64,000 nucleotides of DNA, from positions 512,001-576,000 of the forward strand of contig OY760074.1 of the NCBI GenBank assembly GCA_963663035.1. The letters are read 5' to 3'. Shown here piece by piece: positions 16,596 through 25,976 of the stretch; position 1 is the first letter of the stretch, and every line of letters starts with the position of its first letter. Origin of the DNA: Acidobacteriota bacterium. Lineage in GTDB: Bacteria; Acidobacteriota; UBA6911; RPQK01; JADFOI01. The position numbers and the translations under genes are program-made. Under the pieces are notes generated by a model. The model had not been told where the DNA came from, searched no databases, and was given only the letters and a program-made list of their open reading frames with translations.

Positions 16596-18506
16596 ATGCT
16601 GCTGAGTCTCTATAAGGTCGTTCTCCCGGTATCTGACATTGATAAAGCCGAGGCCTTCTACAGTCACCTGCTGGGAGTGCCTGGTCGACGAGTCTCTCCG
16701 GGCCAGCATCACTTTGACTGTGGAGGAATGATCCTCAACTGCTATGACTCGATGGCTGACGGAGATTCCTCCCAGGTTTCCCCCAGTCCTCACAAGTTGT
16801 ATTTTGTTGTGGAGGATCTCGAAGCCGTATTTGAACGAGCCAAGAGTGCCGGCTGCCCTTCCCTGGACGAGAAGATCGACAAGCAACCCTGGGGTGATTG
16901 CTCTTTTTCTGCACAAGATCCCTTTACAAACTCCCTCGGCTTTCTGGACGAAAAAACAGCGGTTCAACAAATTGGCCAACAATCAGCAACGGGACCTGAC
17001 GATGGCCTGAGGATCGGAACTGCACTCTCCGTTCAGTCAATTGAAGGAGAGACTGAAAGGCAGGCGGCTGCTGTTTTAAGAATCTTCAGTGACGAAATCT
17101 GGTTGCAATTTTCACAACCATTCGCTCAGCCCCTCTTCAAGCAAGGAGAAAAAGTCAGAGTTCAATATGGAGATGGATCTGCATATGTGTACTCTGACAC
17201 AGAGATCGTCAAACTTGTTCCTTCAGACAATCAATATTTAGCCATCTCCATCCCCGAGAAAGCGCATGCACTCAAGAGGAGGGCAATCCCCCGGATCCAG
17301 TCTGAGGTTCCCATCACCGTTTCAGTCCTCACCTCTGCTAATGGCGAGGTTGCCTCAGGGGAAGCCTTTGACTCCAAGACCCATGACATTAGCACCGGGG
17401 GGCTGAGATTTGACACGACCTTTCCATTGGAGAAAGGGGACGAACTATCGCTGAAACTTCAGTTGACTTCGACGCAGGAGATCTCCCTCACCGCAAAAGT
17501 GATGGGATCCAAGAAGGTTAAGCTGAAAGGAAAGGCTGTGATTTTGGTTGGCACCCAGTTTGTTGAAATGCACCTGGATGACCAGATCAAGCTCCTCCAG
17601 TTCTTGATCGGGGAAGAAGAAGGTGGGGGAATAGCTCCTCCGGCAGTGAAGAGCCTGGTGGAAGAGCCCAAGGTGGCTGCTCCGGCGGTGCCAAGTTCGG
17701 TGGAAGAGCCCAAGGTGGCTGCTCCGGCGGTGCCAAGTCCGGTGGAAGAGCCGAAGGTGGCTGCTCCGGCGGTGCCAAGTCCGGTGGAAGAGCCCAAGGT
17801 GGCTGCTCCGGCGGTGCCAAGTCCGGTGGAAGAGCCCAAGGTGGCTGCTCCGGCGGTGCCAAGTCCGGTGGAAGAGCCCAAGGTGGCTGCTCCGGTTGTC
17901 CAAAGTCCGCTGGAAGAGCCCAAGGTGGCTGCTGAAGCAGTCAGTCAGAAAAAAGAGCTGAGGTTAGCTGTTGAGGAAGTGAAGAGTCCGGAGGAAGAGC
18001 CCAAAGCGGCTGCTGAGCCTGTGCCAGGTCCGGAGGAAGAGCCCAAGTCAGACCTGTCCTGGTTTGCCTCCCAAATTCATCAGCCGGAGAAGAGTGAGGA
18101 TGTCGTACAGGCGGCAGCTCCCGAGGCGATGAAGAGCGAGACAGCGGAGAAAGCTGTCATGTCGATAGTTCAGGCAGTTCCAAGTGTTCAGTCGGGGAAG
18201 GCATTTCTGGAGTTCAGTAATGGCTACCATCAACCGGTAACGTTGAAGAACGTGTTCGCAGCAAAGGGAGCAGGCTCCTTGACCCCATTACTGGCTGAGC
18301 CAAGACAACTTTCCTCGGGGGAAACGCAGCGCCTGGACGTGACCGAAGCTCTGCTTCCTTTGTTTAACCAGAACGCTTCGGAGGTACAAGAGAAACCGGT
18401 CCAGATCTTACTCGCTTTAGAGCCGGAACCGCCAGATCAACCAGCGCCTTCCCGCTACCTTCTGAAGTTTGATAAAGAGAGTTTCACGGAATTCTCTTGC
18501 CGGTAG
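16596..18506 (+). CDS. Multidomain protein: VOC/glyoxalase domain, YcgR-N-like and PilZ domains, Pro/Glu repeat linker, unknown C-terminal domain
   Basis: VVLPVSDIDKAEAFYSHLLG...LYFVVEDLEAVFERA...QPWGDCSFSAQDPFTNSLGF (VOC); RRAIPR and DISTGGL (PilZ c-di-GMP motifs); 14-aa repeats. SD GGGAGG upstream. Confidence 0.8.
   Translation: MLLSLYKVVLPVSDIDKAEAFYSHLLGVPGRRVSPGQHHFDCGGMILNCYDSMADGDSSQVSPSPHKLYFVVEDLEAVFERAKSAGCPSLDEKIDKQPWGDCSFSAQDPFTNSLGFLDEKTAVQQIGQQSATGPDDGLRIGTALSVQSIEGETERQAAAVLRIFSDEIWLQFSQPFAQPLFKQGEKVRVQYGDGSAYVYSDTEIVKLVPSDNQYLAISIPEKAHALKRRAIPRIQSEVPITVSVLTSANGEVASGEAFDSKTHDISTGGLRFDTTFPLEKGDELSLKLQLTSTQEISLTAKVMGSKKVKLKGKAVILVGTQFVEMHLDDQIKLLQFLIGEEEGGGIAPPAVKSLVEEPKVAAPAVPSSVEEPKVAAPAVPSPVEEPKVAAPAVPSPVEEPKVAAPAVPSPVEEPKVAAPAVPSPVEEPKVAAPVVQSPLEEPKVAAEAVSQKKELRLAVEEVKSPEEEPKAAAEPVPGPEEEPKSDLSWFASQIHQPEKSEDVVQAAAPEAMKSETAEKAVMSIVQAVPSVQSGKAFLEFSNGYHQPVTLKNVFAAKGAGSLTPLLAEPRQLSSGETQRLDVTEALLPLFNQNASEVQEKPVQILLALEPEPPDQPAPSRYLLKFDKESFTEFSCR
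17658..17951 (+). repeat. 42-bp coding tandem repeat (VEEPKVAAPAVPSP x7)
   Basis: Units start at 17658, 17700, 17742, 17784, 17826, 17868, 17910. The first five are near-identical; further degenerate units follow near 17990-18046. Confidence 0.95.
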
Positions 18507-18519
18507 GAAGCTTCTCGGT

Positions 18520-19170
18520 CTATTGGCCTGAGATGAACGCTTTGAGTTCCTGAACGCCCACCCCAAACCCGGCGGTGGAATCTTCCGGTCCCATCCTGTA
18601 ACTTGCGATTCCAACCACGGTCCCTTGCTCAGTGACAAAAGGGCTACCACTGTTTCCAGGATCAATCTGCTGATCAACTTGAATGAGGACGGTGCCTTCA
18701 ATCACTCGAAGCGCATTGATGATGGTCTTGGTCAGTTCTCTGGAACCACCGGACGGAGGACCGAGTACAAAGACGTCCTCACCCACATCGACGCTACTGG
18801 CATCTCCCAGGGTGAAGTATTGAGGAGTCTTGGTCGGAATTTGAATGAGAGCCAGGTCCCGACCTTCGTCCAGACGCACAATCTTTCCCAGAAAAACGTC
18901 TCCAGAAGGCGTGCTGACCTTGATGCGGTTCGCTGCATTCACGAGATGGAAGTTCGTTGCGATCATTCCATCTCCATCCACCATAAATCCTTTTCCTGTC
19001 CTTCCATCAGCTGTGATGGTGACCACACTCCCCGAGGCTGTAAAGGAGGAAGGGACCTCAGGAGTGACGCTTTCAGAAGTTGGTGCAGCCTGAGGAGGCG
19101 GCTTCCTATCGCTCAATGATCGGAGATGATCCTTTAAAGCTCGTATTCGCTGCTCTTTAGCCTCCTTCAT
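18520..19170 (-). CDS. Trypsin-like (S1) serine protease without signal peptide or PDZ domain
   Basis: Catalytic triad motifs TNFHLV, DLALI, PGNSGSP. In-frame stop just upstream of the ATG; SD GGGAG present. Confidence 0.88.
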   Translation of the reverse strand: MKEAKEQRIRALKDHLRSLSDRKPPPQAAPTSESVTPEVPSSFTASGSVVTITADGRTGKGFMVDGDGMIATNFHLVNAANRIKVSTPSGDVFLGKIVRLDEGRDLALIQIPTKTPQYFTLGDASSVDVGEDVFVLGPPSGGSRELTKTIINALRVIEGTVLIQVDQQIDPGNSGSPFVTEQGTVVGIASYRMGPEDSTAGFGVGVQELKAFISGQ

Positions 19171-19277
19171 TCTTCCGGCTCCCGATTAGAATACCCCTAT
19201 TTGTCGATTGTTTTGTGGCAATGCCGAGCAGTATAGCAACATCGCCTATACTAATAAACTGGTCCAAGTGCATAACG

Positions 19278-19300
19278 GAATTTATGAATAGTTCGGGCTA
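19278..19300 (-). repeat. Degenerate solo end of the palindromic MITE-like family
   Basis: GAATTTATGAATAGTTCGGGCT matches the reverse complement of the left end (GAATTTATGCATAATCCGGGCT) at 19/22 positions. Confidence 0.6.
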
Positions 19301-19370
19301 GGCTTGTGTGCTAGCATACTGATGTTCCCTCAATTCTTGAGGCGGTTTAAGCCAATACCTGGGAGAGGCT

Positions 19371-20369
19371 GTGCAACCTTCGGGAAGTCGCACTATTGCT
19401 ATTGCCAGTGGCAAGGGTGGAGTCGGCAAGACTGTAACAACTGCAAATCTCGCGCTGAGCTTAGCTCAACAGTTTCGCGAGAAGTCAGGCTCAGTGGTGG
19501 CTGTAGACCTCGATTTAGGCTGCGGCAATCTCAATGCCTGCCTGGGTGTTCGCTCCACAAATGGGACCATCAACAGCTTCATTTTGAACAAAGTCTCCGA
19601 CCTCGAGGAAATCCTGACTCCCACTGATCAGGAGAATCTAAAAATGATCTGTTCCTCGTACAGCGGAGCGCCGGAGATGCTGCTGGACGATGGTTTGAAA
19701 CAAGACCTGCTGGATGGGATCGGGGCCTTAGGTGCAGATTATGTTCTAGTGGACCTGGGAGCAGGGACTTCTAAGGTCGTTTTGGATCTATTTTTGGGTG
19801 CTACAGAAAAGATCATTGTCATCACTCCCGAAGCCCTTTCACTGCACAATGCCTTTGTTTTCCTGAAAGCAGCAATGCTTCACTTTTTATGGGGTGAGCT
19901 TGAAAGAGAAGAATTCCTTTCTCCAGTGAGTTCAAACTTACGGTGGATGATCGAAGATGAAAAGGATCTCAACATCGGAAAGCTGATCGAGCGACTCAAG
20001 TCATGGGATCGCTACGCAGCATACGTTTTGGGTGGCTTAATCAACGATCTCAAGATTAAGTTCGTGGTGAACATGTACCGAGGCGGAGTTCAGAAGTCCC
20101 ACCTCCAAAATTTCCATCGTCTCCTGTTCAAATATCTGTGCGTGAGAAACAACCTCAGTTATCTGGGCTTTATCCACTATGACCGCGGCATCCCGGCCTC
20201 GATCCAGACAATCAAGCCATTTCTCCTTCGCCATCCCGAGAGGCGGGCAGCCCGTGATTTCATGCAGATTGCGATGCGGCTCGCCGATCAAGAAGAGCCG
20301 AACCACATTCCTCTTTTACACTTTCCCCAACAATCCTGGTGGCAAATACCCCCCTTCTTTCAGGGATAG
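19371..20369 (+). CDS. FlhG/MinD-family P-loop ATPase
   Basis: ASGKGGVGKT deviant Walker A, DLDLGCGNL, VDLGAGTS, VITPE. Confidence 0.85.
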   Translation: MQPSGSRTIAIASGKGGVGKTVTTANLALSLAQQFREKSGSVVAVDLDLGCGNLNACLGVRSTNGTINSFILNKVSDLEEILTPTDQENLKMICSSYSGAPEMLLDDGLKQDLLDGIGALGADYVLVDLGAGTSKVVLDLFLGATEKIIVITPEALSLHNAFVFLKAAMLHFLWGELEREEFLSPVSSNLRWMIEDEKDLNIGKLIERLKSWDRYAAYVLGGLINDLKIKFVVNMYRGGVQKSHLQNFHRLLFKYLCVRNNLSYLGFIHYDRGIPASIQTIKPFLLRHPERRAARDFMQIAMRLADQEEPNHIPLLHFPQQSWWQIPPFFQG

Positions 20370-20424
20370 GGAGAATTCGGGGACAGGCCCCACATTTCCC
20401 AACTCTCGCCCGAATTCCGCCCAA

Positions 20425-20456
20425 CTTGACAGAGAGAGACTCAGATCCTATATAAA
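20425..20456 (+). promoter_or_regulatory. sigma70-type dnaK promoter overlapped by a HAIR-like HspR operator
   Basis: TTGACA(20426)-17 nt-TATATA(20449). CTTGACA-N7-ACTCAGA versus HAIR consensus CTTGAGT-N7-ACTCAAG (5/7 in each arm). An hspR-like gene ends the operon. Confidence 0.65.
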
Positions 20457-20565
20457 GCTAGAGCCGTGATTTTTCATAGGTTCTCGTCTCTGCAGTAGAG
20501 AATGTATGCAGGGGGCGAGACCCTAATTACACTGATTTTTGGTGAGAGCAAGAGAGGAGTTTTGA

Positions 20566-22500
20566 ATGGGTAAAATCATTGGAATTGATTTGGGTACCAC
20601 CATCTCGGTAGTCGCTATGATGGAAGGGGGGGAGCCCTCGGTGATCACCAATCCTGAAGGGAGTCGCCTAACCCCCTCGGTGGTTGCCATAACCAAGAGT
20701 GGCGAACGGCTGGTTGGTCAGGTAGCCAAGCGCCAGGCCGTTACCAATCCGGAGAACACAGTCTACTCGATCAAGCGCTTCATGGGTCGCAAGTACGATG
20801 AGGTCTCTGAAGAGATCGGGATGGTGCCGTATAAAGTTTTCAAGACCTCCAATGGAGATGCCTGGGTAGAATTGGGTGGTAAGGAGTTCTCTCCACCTGA
20901 AATTGCTGCCATGATTTTGCAAAAATTGAAGGCATCCGCCGAAGCATATATGGGCGAAAAGGTGACCCAGGCGGTCATCACCGTTCCAGCATACTTTAAT
21001 GATGACCAGCGACAGGCAACCAAAGATGCCGGCCGAGGTGCCGGTCTGGAGGTTCTCCGTCTAGTGAATGAGCCCACGGCGGCTGCCTTGGCCTACGGAC
21101 TGGATACGAAAAAGGATGAGACGATTGCGGTTTTCGACTTTGGCGGAGGCACGTTCGATATCTCGATCCTGGAGGTCGGTGAAGGTGTAGTTGAGGTGAA
21201 GTCTACCAACGGTGATACCCACCTTGGTGGCGACAACCTCGATCAGCGGATCATAGTGTGGATTATCGAAGAGTTTAAAAAGGACCAGGGGATCGATCTC
21301 TCTCAGGACAAGATGGCGTTGCAGCGGCTGAAGGAAGCGGCTGAAAAGGCCAAGATGGAGTTGTCAACGACTCAGGAAACCGACATCAACCTGCCCTTTG
21401 TTACGGCCGATTCCAGCGGACCAAAACATTTAAACATGAAACTAACCCGCTCCAAGTTTGAGCAGTTGGTCGAGGATGTCCTTCAGCGGACACTCGACCC
21501 TTGTAAGCAAGCGCTGGATGATGCTGGCTTGAAGCCCAAAGAGATCGATGAAGTGGTGCTGGTTGGCGGTTCGACTCGGATCCCACGCGTGCAGAAAGTC
21601 GTCAAGGACTTTTTCGAAAGAGAGCCCCATAAGGGCGTCAACCCGGATGAAGTTGTCGCGGTGGGTGCTGCAATACAGGCCGGTATTTTGGGTGGGGATG
21701 TCAAGGACTTACTGCTGCTGGATGTGACACCGCTCTCTTTGGGGATTGAGACCCTGGGGGGAGTCGATACGGTTCTGATCGCGCGCAACACAACTATCCC
21801 CTCGCGTAAGACCGAGGTCTTTTCAACAGCCGCTGATGGCCAGACCTCTGTGGAGATTCATGTCTTGCAGGGAGAGCGTCCCATGGCTGCTGCCAACAAG
21901 TCGCTCGGTAAGTTCCACCTGGTCGGAATTCCCGCTGCTCAAAGGGGAATTCCCCAGATCGAGGTCAGTTTTGACATCGATGCCAATGGGATTTTAAACG
22001 TCAGTGCCAAGGATCGCGGCACCGGTAAGGAGCAAACGATCACCATTACCAGTTCCAGTGGTCTGTCCGACGAAGAGATAGAAACAATGGTGACAGAAGG
22101 GGAATCTCATGCCGAGGAAGATCTCCGTAAAAAGGAGGAAGTCGAAGCGCGCAATCAAGCAGACAACCTCATTTACAATACCGAGAAGATCCTCAAGGAA
22201 AGTCGAGACAAGATCAGCGACAGCGATGCAAAAGCCATTGAAGACTCGATAGCAGAAACCAAAAAGGCCATCGAAGAAGGTGGCGTGGAGGACATTAACA
22301 AGGCAGTGGAGAACCTGACTCAAGCTTCCCACCGGTTGGCCGAGGTCATGTACCAGTCTGCTCAGCAAGGGGGGGATGAGCAAGCGCAAGGTGGTGGCCA
22401 GCCGACTTCTTCTGAAAATGCCGTTGATGATCAACAAGGTAATCAACAAGAAGATGAGGTCATCGATGCCGAATATGTAGACGTGGATGAGAAGAAATGA
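20566..22500 (+). CDS. dnaK: Chaperone DnaK (Hsp70)
   Basis: [54 protein letters not shown]-terminal VIDAEY. Confidence 0.98.
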   Translation: MGKIIGIDLGTTISVVAMMEGGEPSVITNPEGSRLTPSVVAITKSGERLVGQVAKRQAVTNPENTVYSIKRFMGRKYDEVSEEIGMVPYKVFKTSNGDAWVELGGKEFSPPEIAAMILQKLKASAEAYMGEKVTQAVITVPAYFNDDQRQATKDAGRGAGLEVLRLVNEPTAAALAYGLDTKKDETIAVFDFGGGTFDISILEVGEGVVEVKSTNGDTHLGGDNLDQRIIVWIIEEFKKDQGIDLSQDKMALQRLKEAAEKAKMELSTTQETDINLPFVTADSSGPKHLNMKLTRSKFEQLVEDVLQRTLDPCKQALDDAGLKPKEIDEVVLVGGSTRIPRVQKVVKDFFEREPHKGVNPDEVVAVGAAIQAGILGGDVKDLLLLDVTPLSLGIETLGGVDTVLIARNTTIPSRKTEVFSTAADGQTSVEIHVLQGERPMAAANKSLGKFHLVGIPAAQRGIPQIEVSFDIDANGILNVSAKDRGTGKEQTITITSSSGLSDEEIETMVTEGESHAEEDLRKKEEVEARNQADNLIYNTEKILKESRDKISDSDAKAIEDSIAETKKAIEEGGVEDINKAVENLTQASHRLAEVMYQSAQQGGDEQAQGGGQPTSSENAVDDQQGNQQEDEVIDAEYVDVDEKK

Positions 22501-22509
22501 AGGTGTTGA

Positions 22510-23511
22510 GTGCCAGAGAATTTCTATAAAGTCCTGGATGCCAAGAGGAACTCATCGCAGTCGGAGATTAAGAAAGCTTATCGACGCTTGGCACGAAAGC
22601 ATCATCCTGACGTCAATCCGGGAGACAAGTCAGCTGAGGAGCGGTTCAAGCAAATTCAGGAAGCCTATAAAGTCCTGAGTGATCCGGATAAACGGAAGAT
22701 CTATGATCAGTACGGTGATTATCGCCCAGGACAGGAGGCAGCTGGTGGGGAAGCTTTCGGGGACTTCTGGTCCTCCGGTGTTGATTATAGAAATGTCGGC
22801 GGGGGACGATGGCAGGGCGCGGTCGGTGATGTTTTTACGGAGTTTTTTGGGGGAGGAAGATCCGGGACTAGCGCACATTACCCCAGAAGAGGGAGGGATC
22901 TGGAATATACCATAGAGATTCCTTTTTTAGATGCAGTTCGTGGAACTCAAACTCGCATCAATGCGAGCCGCCGGGATGTGTGTCCCAGGTGTAAGGGTTC
23001 GGGTGGCGGTTGTTCCCAGTGCAGTGGCAGCGGTCTCATTCAAAAAGTTGAGAGCTTGAGAGTGAAAATTCCTGCCGGGATGAAGACCGGTTCCCGCGTA
23101 CGACTACCGGGTAAGGGAGATGCAGCTGAGTTTGGTGGTCCTGCGGGAGATCTTTTTCTGGTGGTGCGGGTCCAACCGCACCCACTCTTTTCACGACAGG
23201 GAAATAACATCGTGTGCAGAGTGCCGGTCACCTTCGAGGAGGCGGCTTTGGGAGCAGAAATAGAGGTGCCCACAGTCGCAGGAAAGGCGCGCTTGAAGAT
23301 TCCTCCCGGAACTCAGAGTGGGCAAAAACTTCGACTTCGGGGTCGAGGAACTCTTTCAGCAGGAGGAAAGGGTCGCGGAGATCAGTTGGTTGAAGTGAAG
23401 GTGGTTCTGCCAGAAATTTCGGATGAAAGATCGAAAGAACTTCTGCGTGAGCTTTCTCGCTTGAACCCGCAGAATCCCAGAGAGAAGATCGGTCTTGCCG
23501 ACTCTGGTTAG
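22510..23511 (+). CDS. dnaJ: DnaJ-class co-chaperone with a shortened zinc finger
   Basis: J domain with HPD, G/F-rich region, two CxxCxGxG repeats, DnaJ C-terminal domain. Confidence 0.9.
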   Translation: MPENFYKVLDAKRNSSQSEIKKAYRRLARKHHPDVNPGDKSAEERFKQIQEAYKVLSDPDKRKIYDQYGDYRPGQEAAGGEAFGDFWSSGVDYRNVGGGRWQGAVGDVFTEFFGGGRSGTSAHYPRRGRDLEYTIEIPFLDAVRGTQTRINASRRDVCPRCKGSGGGCSQCSGSGLIQKVESLRVKIPAGMKTGSRVRLPGKGDAAEFGGPAGDLFLVVRVQPHPLFSRQGNNIVCRVPVTFEEAALGAEIEVPTVAGKARLKIPPGTQSGQKLRLRGRGTLSAGGKGRGDQLVEVKVVLPEISDERSKELLRELSRLNPQNPREKIGLADSG

Positions 23512-23546
23512 AAGGCGGCTCCACTTTCCCGGAGGTACAAGGCACT

Positions 23547-23843
23547 ATGAAAAGAGCAGTGGGCTTCACCATCAGTAGCGTCGCCGACATCTACAAGATT
23601 CACCCCCAGACGCTTCGGACCTACGAGCGTGAGGGACTCCTGAAGCCTGCACGGACCAAGGGAAATACCCGGCTTTATCGGGAAGGAGATCTGCAGCAGT
23701 TGGAGCTGATCCTGACTCTGACACGTGAATTGGGTGTCAATTTGGCGGGTGTGGAGGTTGTCCTCCATATGCGGGAAAAAATGGAGAGAATGCATATCGA
23801 GGTGGAGAAGCTCATCGATCTGGATCCCGACCTCTTTGCTTGA
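23547..23843 (+). CDS. hspR: MerR-family heat-shock repressor HspR-like
   Basis: ISSVA..IHPQTLRTYEREGLLKPART.GNTRLY...LTRELGVNLAGV; downstream of dnaK-dnaJ. Confidence 0.85.
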   Translation: MKRAVGFTISSVADIYKIHPQTLRTYEREGLLKPARTKGNTRLYREGDLQQLELILTLTRELGVNLAGVEVVLHMREKMERMHIEVEKLIDLDPDLFA

Positions 23844-24255
23844 TTTCCTTTTCTGCCAGTTTTAGTTTGTCTCGAATTCTCTTGTAGATACGCCTGACTT
23901 TAGATTGATGTCGTTTCTCAGGGAGATTTTCCTCCAGCAAGAGGTTCTTAATCAGCTTCAAGGCTTTTTCGAGCACAGGAAGCACGCGGGTCGTGACGGT
24001 GGGGTCATAGGGGGCCCTGATGGACGGCATGCCGAGTTCAGCGAAAATACGCAAATAATGTGCGGTGCTCATATCTGGACAGGTGATTCTTTTTTGAGCT
24101 GCCTTCAGTTCAAAGCCGAGAAAGGTGTGGAGAATGCGAGGTTCGCACTTACGACCCAGCAGGGGTACGATTCGGGTGGGTCCCGGCAAGATCTCCCTCT
24201 TATAGGTCCTGACTAGCTTTTCGATCTCCTCCTGAATAACCGTAGGTCTTTTCAT
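23812..24255 (-). CDS. Hypothetical protein
   Basis: 147-aa ORF with SD AGAGG, convergent with hspR; no recognised motif. Confidence 0.65.
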   Translation of the reverse strand: MKRPTVIQEEIEKLVRTYKREILPGPTRIVPLLGRKCEPRILHTFLGFELKAAQKRITCPDMSTAHYLRIFAELGMPSIRAPYDPTVTTRVLPVLEKALKLIKNLLLEENLPEKRHQSKVRRIYKRIRDKLKLAEKEIKQRGRDPDR

Positions 24256-24364
24256 CGTGGCCTCTTCTTATTATGGCCATCTTTCATTTTGAATGTCGCA
24301 TGGCGCGCCTCCTTTTTCGCCGGAAGTTGTGGGGGAGAGTTAATATGGTACGATTAGCGTTTTT

Positions 24365-25030
24365 TTGGCAAGGCTTGTGATGTTATTGGCAACAGCAGAA
24401 GGATTGTGGAGTACCCTGCGAGCCGCTATGAGCCAGGTCTATTTCCTGGTGGCGAGTTTGGGCGGTCCAGGTCTCTTCTTTATTGCTCTTGCAGATTCCT
24501 CTTTTCTTTCCTTACCGGAAGGGAATGACATTTTGATTGTGGTGCTTTCCACAGGCCAGACCTGGGGGACAATGACCTACTACGTGGTGATGACGATTCT
24601 GGGATCTGTCTGCGGATGTGCTGCGCTCTATGCGGTTGGACGTCGAGGTGGAGCCTTCCTCCGCAAGCGTTTGAAGCCGGAAAGGTTGAAAGAAGTAGAG
24701 CGTCTTTATGGACAATGGGGAATCTGGGCGATTGTGATTCCCAGCGTGTTGCCGCCTCCCACCCCTTTCAAGATCTTTGTACTATCGGCAGGGTTGTTCA
24801 GAATCTCCTGGGTGAAGTTTCTTCTGTCAGTTGCTGTAGGTCGCAGCATACGATACTTCATGTGGGGAACTCTGGCCGTGTTGTACGGGGAGTTGGCTAA
24901 GCGTTTTCTGGAAGAGAACTTGCCTGTGGTGGGTACTGTGCTGTTCTTACTGTTTGTTACAGCCCTGGTGAGTTATGCCATAATGTGGTTGCGGGCAAAG
25001 AGGAAATCTCCCCAGCACGAGATAGCATGA
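24365..25030 (+). CDS. YqaA/DedA (VTT) family membrane protein
   Basis: ALADSSFLSLPEGND, LPPPTPFKIFVLSAG, GRSIRY. Start may be ATG at 24380. Confidence 0.85.
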   Translation: MARLVMLLATAEGLWSTLRAAMSQVYFLVASLGGPGLFFIALADSSFLSLPEGNDILIVVLSTGQTWGTMTYYVVMTILGSVCGCAALYAVGRRGGAFLRKRLKPERLKEVERLYGQWGIWAIVIPSVLPPPTPFKIFVLSAGLFRISWVKFLLSVAVGRSIRYFMWGTLAVLYGELAKRFLEENLPVVGTVLFLLFVTALVSYAIMWLRAKRKSPQHEIA

Positions 25031-25953
25031 GAAGACTCGCCACAATGATCTCCATACTCCTCCTGGTGGGCTGTGGTGGTGCAGTCAAGAGGAGAACCAC
25101 AATCGAGACTCCTGCAGCGTATGCATCGGCCAGGGTGGCCAGTCTGGAGGAGTTGGTGGGGTTGATCAATGAGCGTTATGCTGCAGCCGAAACTCTCTCC
25201 GTTTCCAGTCTGAAAGTGGAGTTTTTCAGTGGTTCCATGGAGACAGGATATTTAGAGGAATATCGCACCGCAAAGGCCTATCTGGTTGCCCAGTGGCCAG
25301 AATCTCTCTATCTGAACATTCTCAATCCCCTGACCAGTTCGACGGTAGTCGTGATGGCTGCGGATGGGGATACTTTTCAAATCTGGATACCTGGAGAAAA
25401 CAGATACCTGACGGGAAGAGTGGATGCTGAGATAGAGGAAAAGAGCCCTATCTTGAACGTTCGGCCACAGCATCTCTTGAAGGGAATATTGGTGGAGCGG
25501 ATTCCTGTCAACAGTTTTCGCCATCGTTATTTTCTGGAAGAGACAGAGGACCTCCAATTCAAGTACTATGTTGTGGGAGTCATCCAGGTTGAAGGGAATT
25601 CCCAGACCGTTCAACTGGAGAGAAAACTCTGGATTGAGCGAAGTACCATGCATCTGGTTCGCCAGCACTACTACGAGTCTGGCGAACTGGTGAGCGCTAT
25701 CACGTACGATCAGCCGAGTGAGATCGACGGAGTGCTGGTGAGTTCCAATATTGAGATCGAAAGAGCACGCGAAAGCTATCGTATTGCTTTTGAACTCGTT
25801 AGAGAAGGGATCAAGGTCAACCAGTCGATTCGAGAGGGGGCTTTTGAAGTACCCGTTCCTCCCGGTGCAGAGGTGGTAGTCGTGAAAGGGAAGACAACTG
25901 ACAGGGAGGATCCTGTAGGGAGCAGACAGGGTCCTGTCCGTGAAATAAGGTAA
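25027..25953 (+). CDS. Lipoprotein, probable LolA/LolB-like fold (DUF4292-like)
   Basis: Lipobox LLVGC after MRRL; beta-rich pattern with LWIERSTMHL and a terminal AFEVPVPPGAEVV similar to LolA; ATGA overlap with the previous gene. Confidence 0.6.
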   Translation: MRRLATMISILLLVGCGGAVKRRTTIETPAAYASARVASLEELVGLINERYAAAETLSVSSLKVEFFSGSMETGYLEEYRTAKAYLVAQWPESLYLNILNPLTSSTVVVMAADGDTFQIWIPGENRYLTGRVDAEIEEKSPILNVRPQHLLKGILVERIPVNSFRHRYFLEETEDLQFKYYVVGVIQVEGNSQTVQLERKLWIERSTMHLVRQHYYESGELVSAITYDQPSEIDGVLVSSNIEIERARESYRIAFELVREGIKVNQSIREGAFEVPVPPGAEVVVVKGKTTDREDPVGSRQGPVREIR

Positions 25954-25976
25954 GATCTATCTCAGCTGGATGAAGT

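Noticed and set aside
17658-17951. 42-bp repeats as a CRISPR array
   Set aside because: The units are contiguous with no unique spacers, are in frame within a CDS, and no cas genes are present.
20370-20422. GAATTCGGG...CCCGAATTC inverted repeat after the FlhG-like gene
   Set aside because: Single occurrence and no U-tract, so a terminator cannot be distinguished from a repeat remnant.
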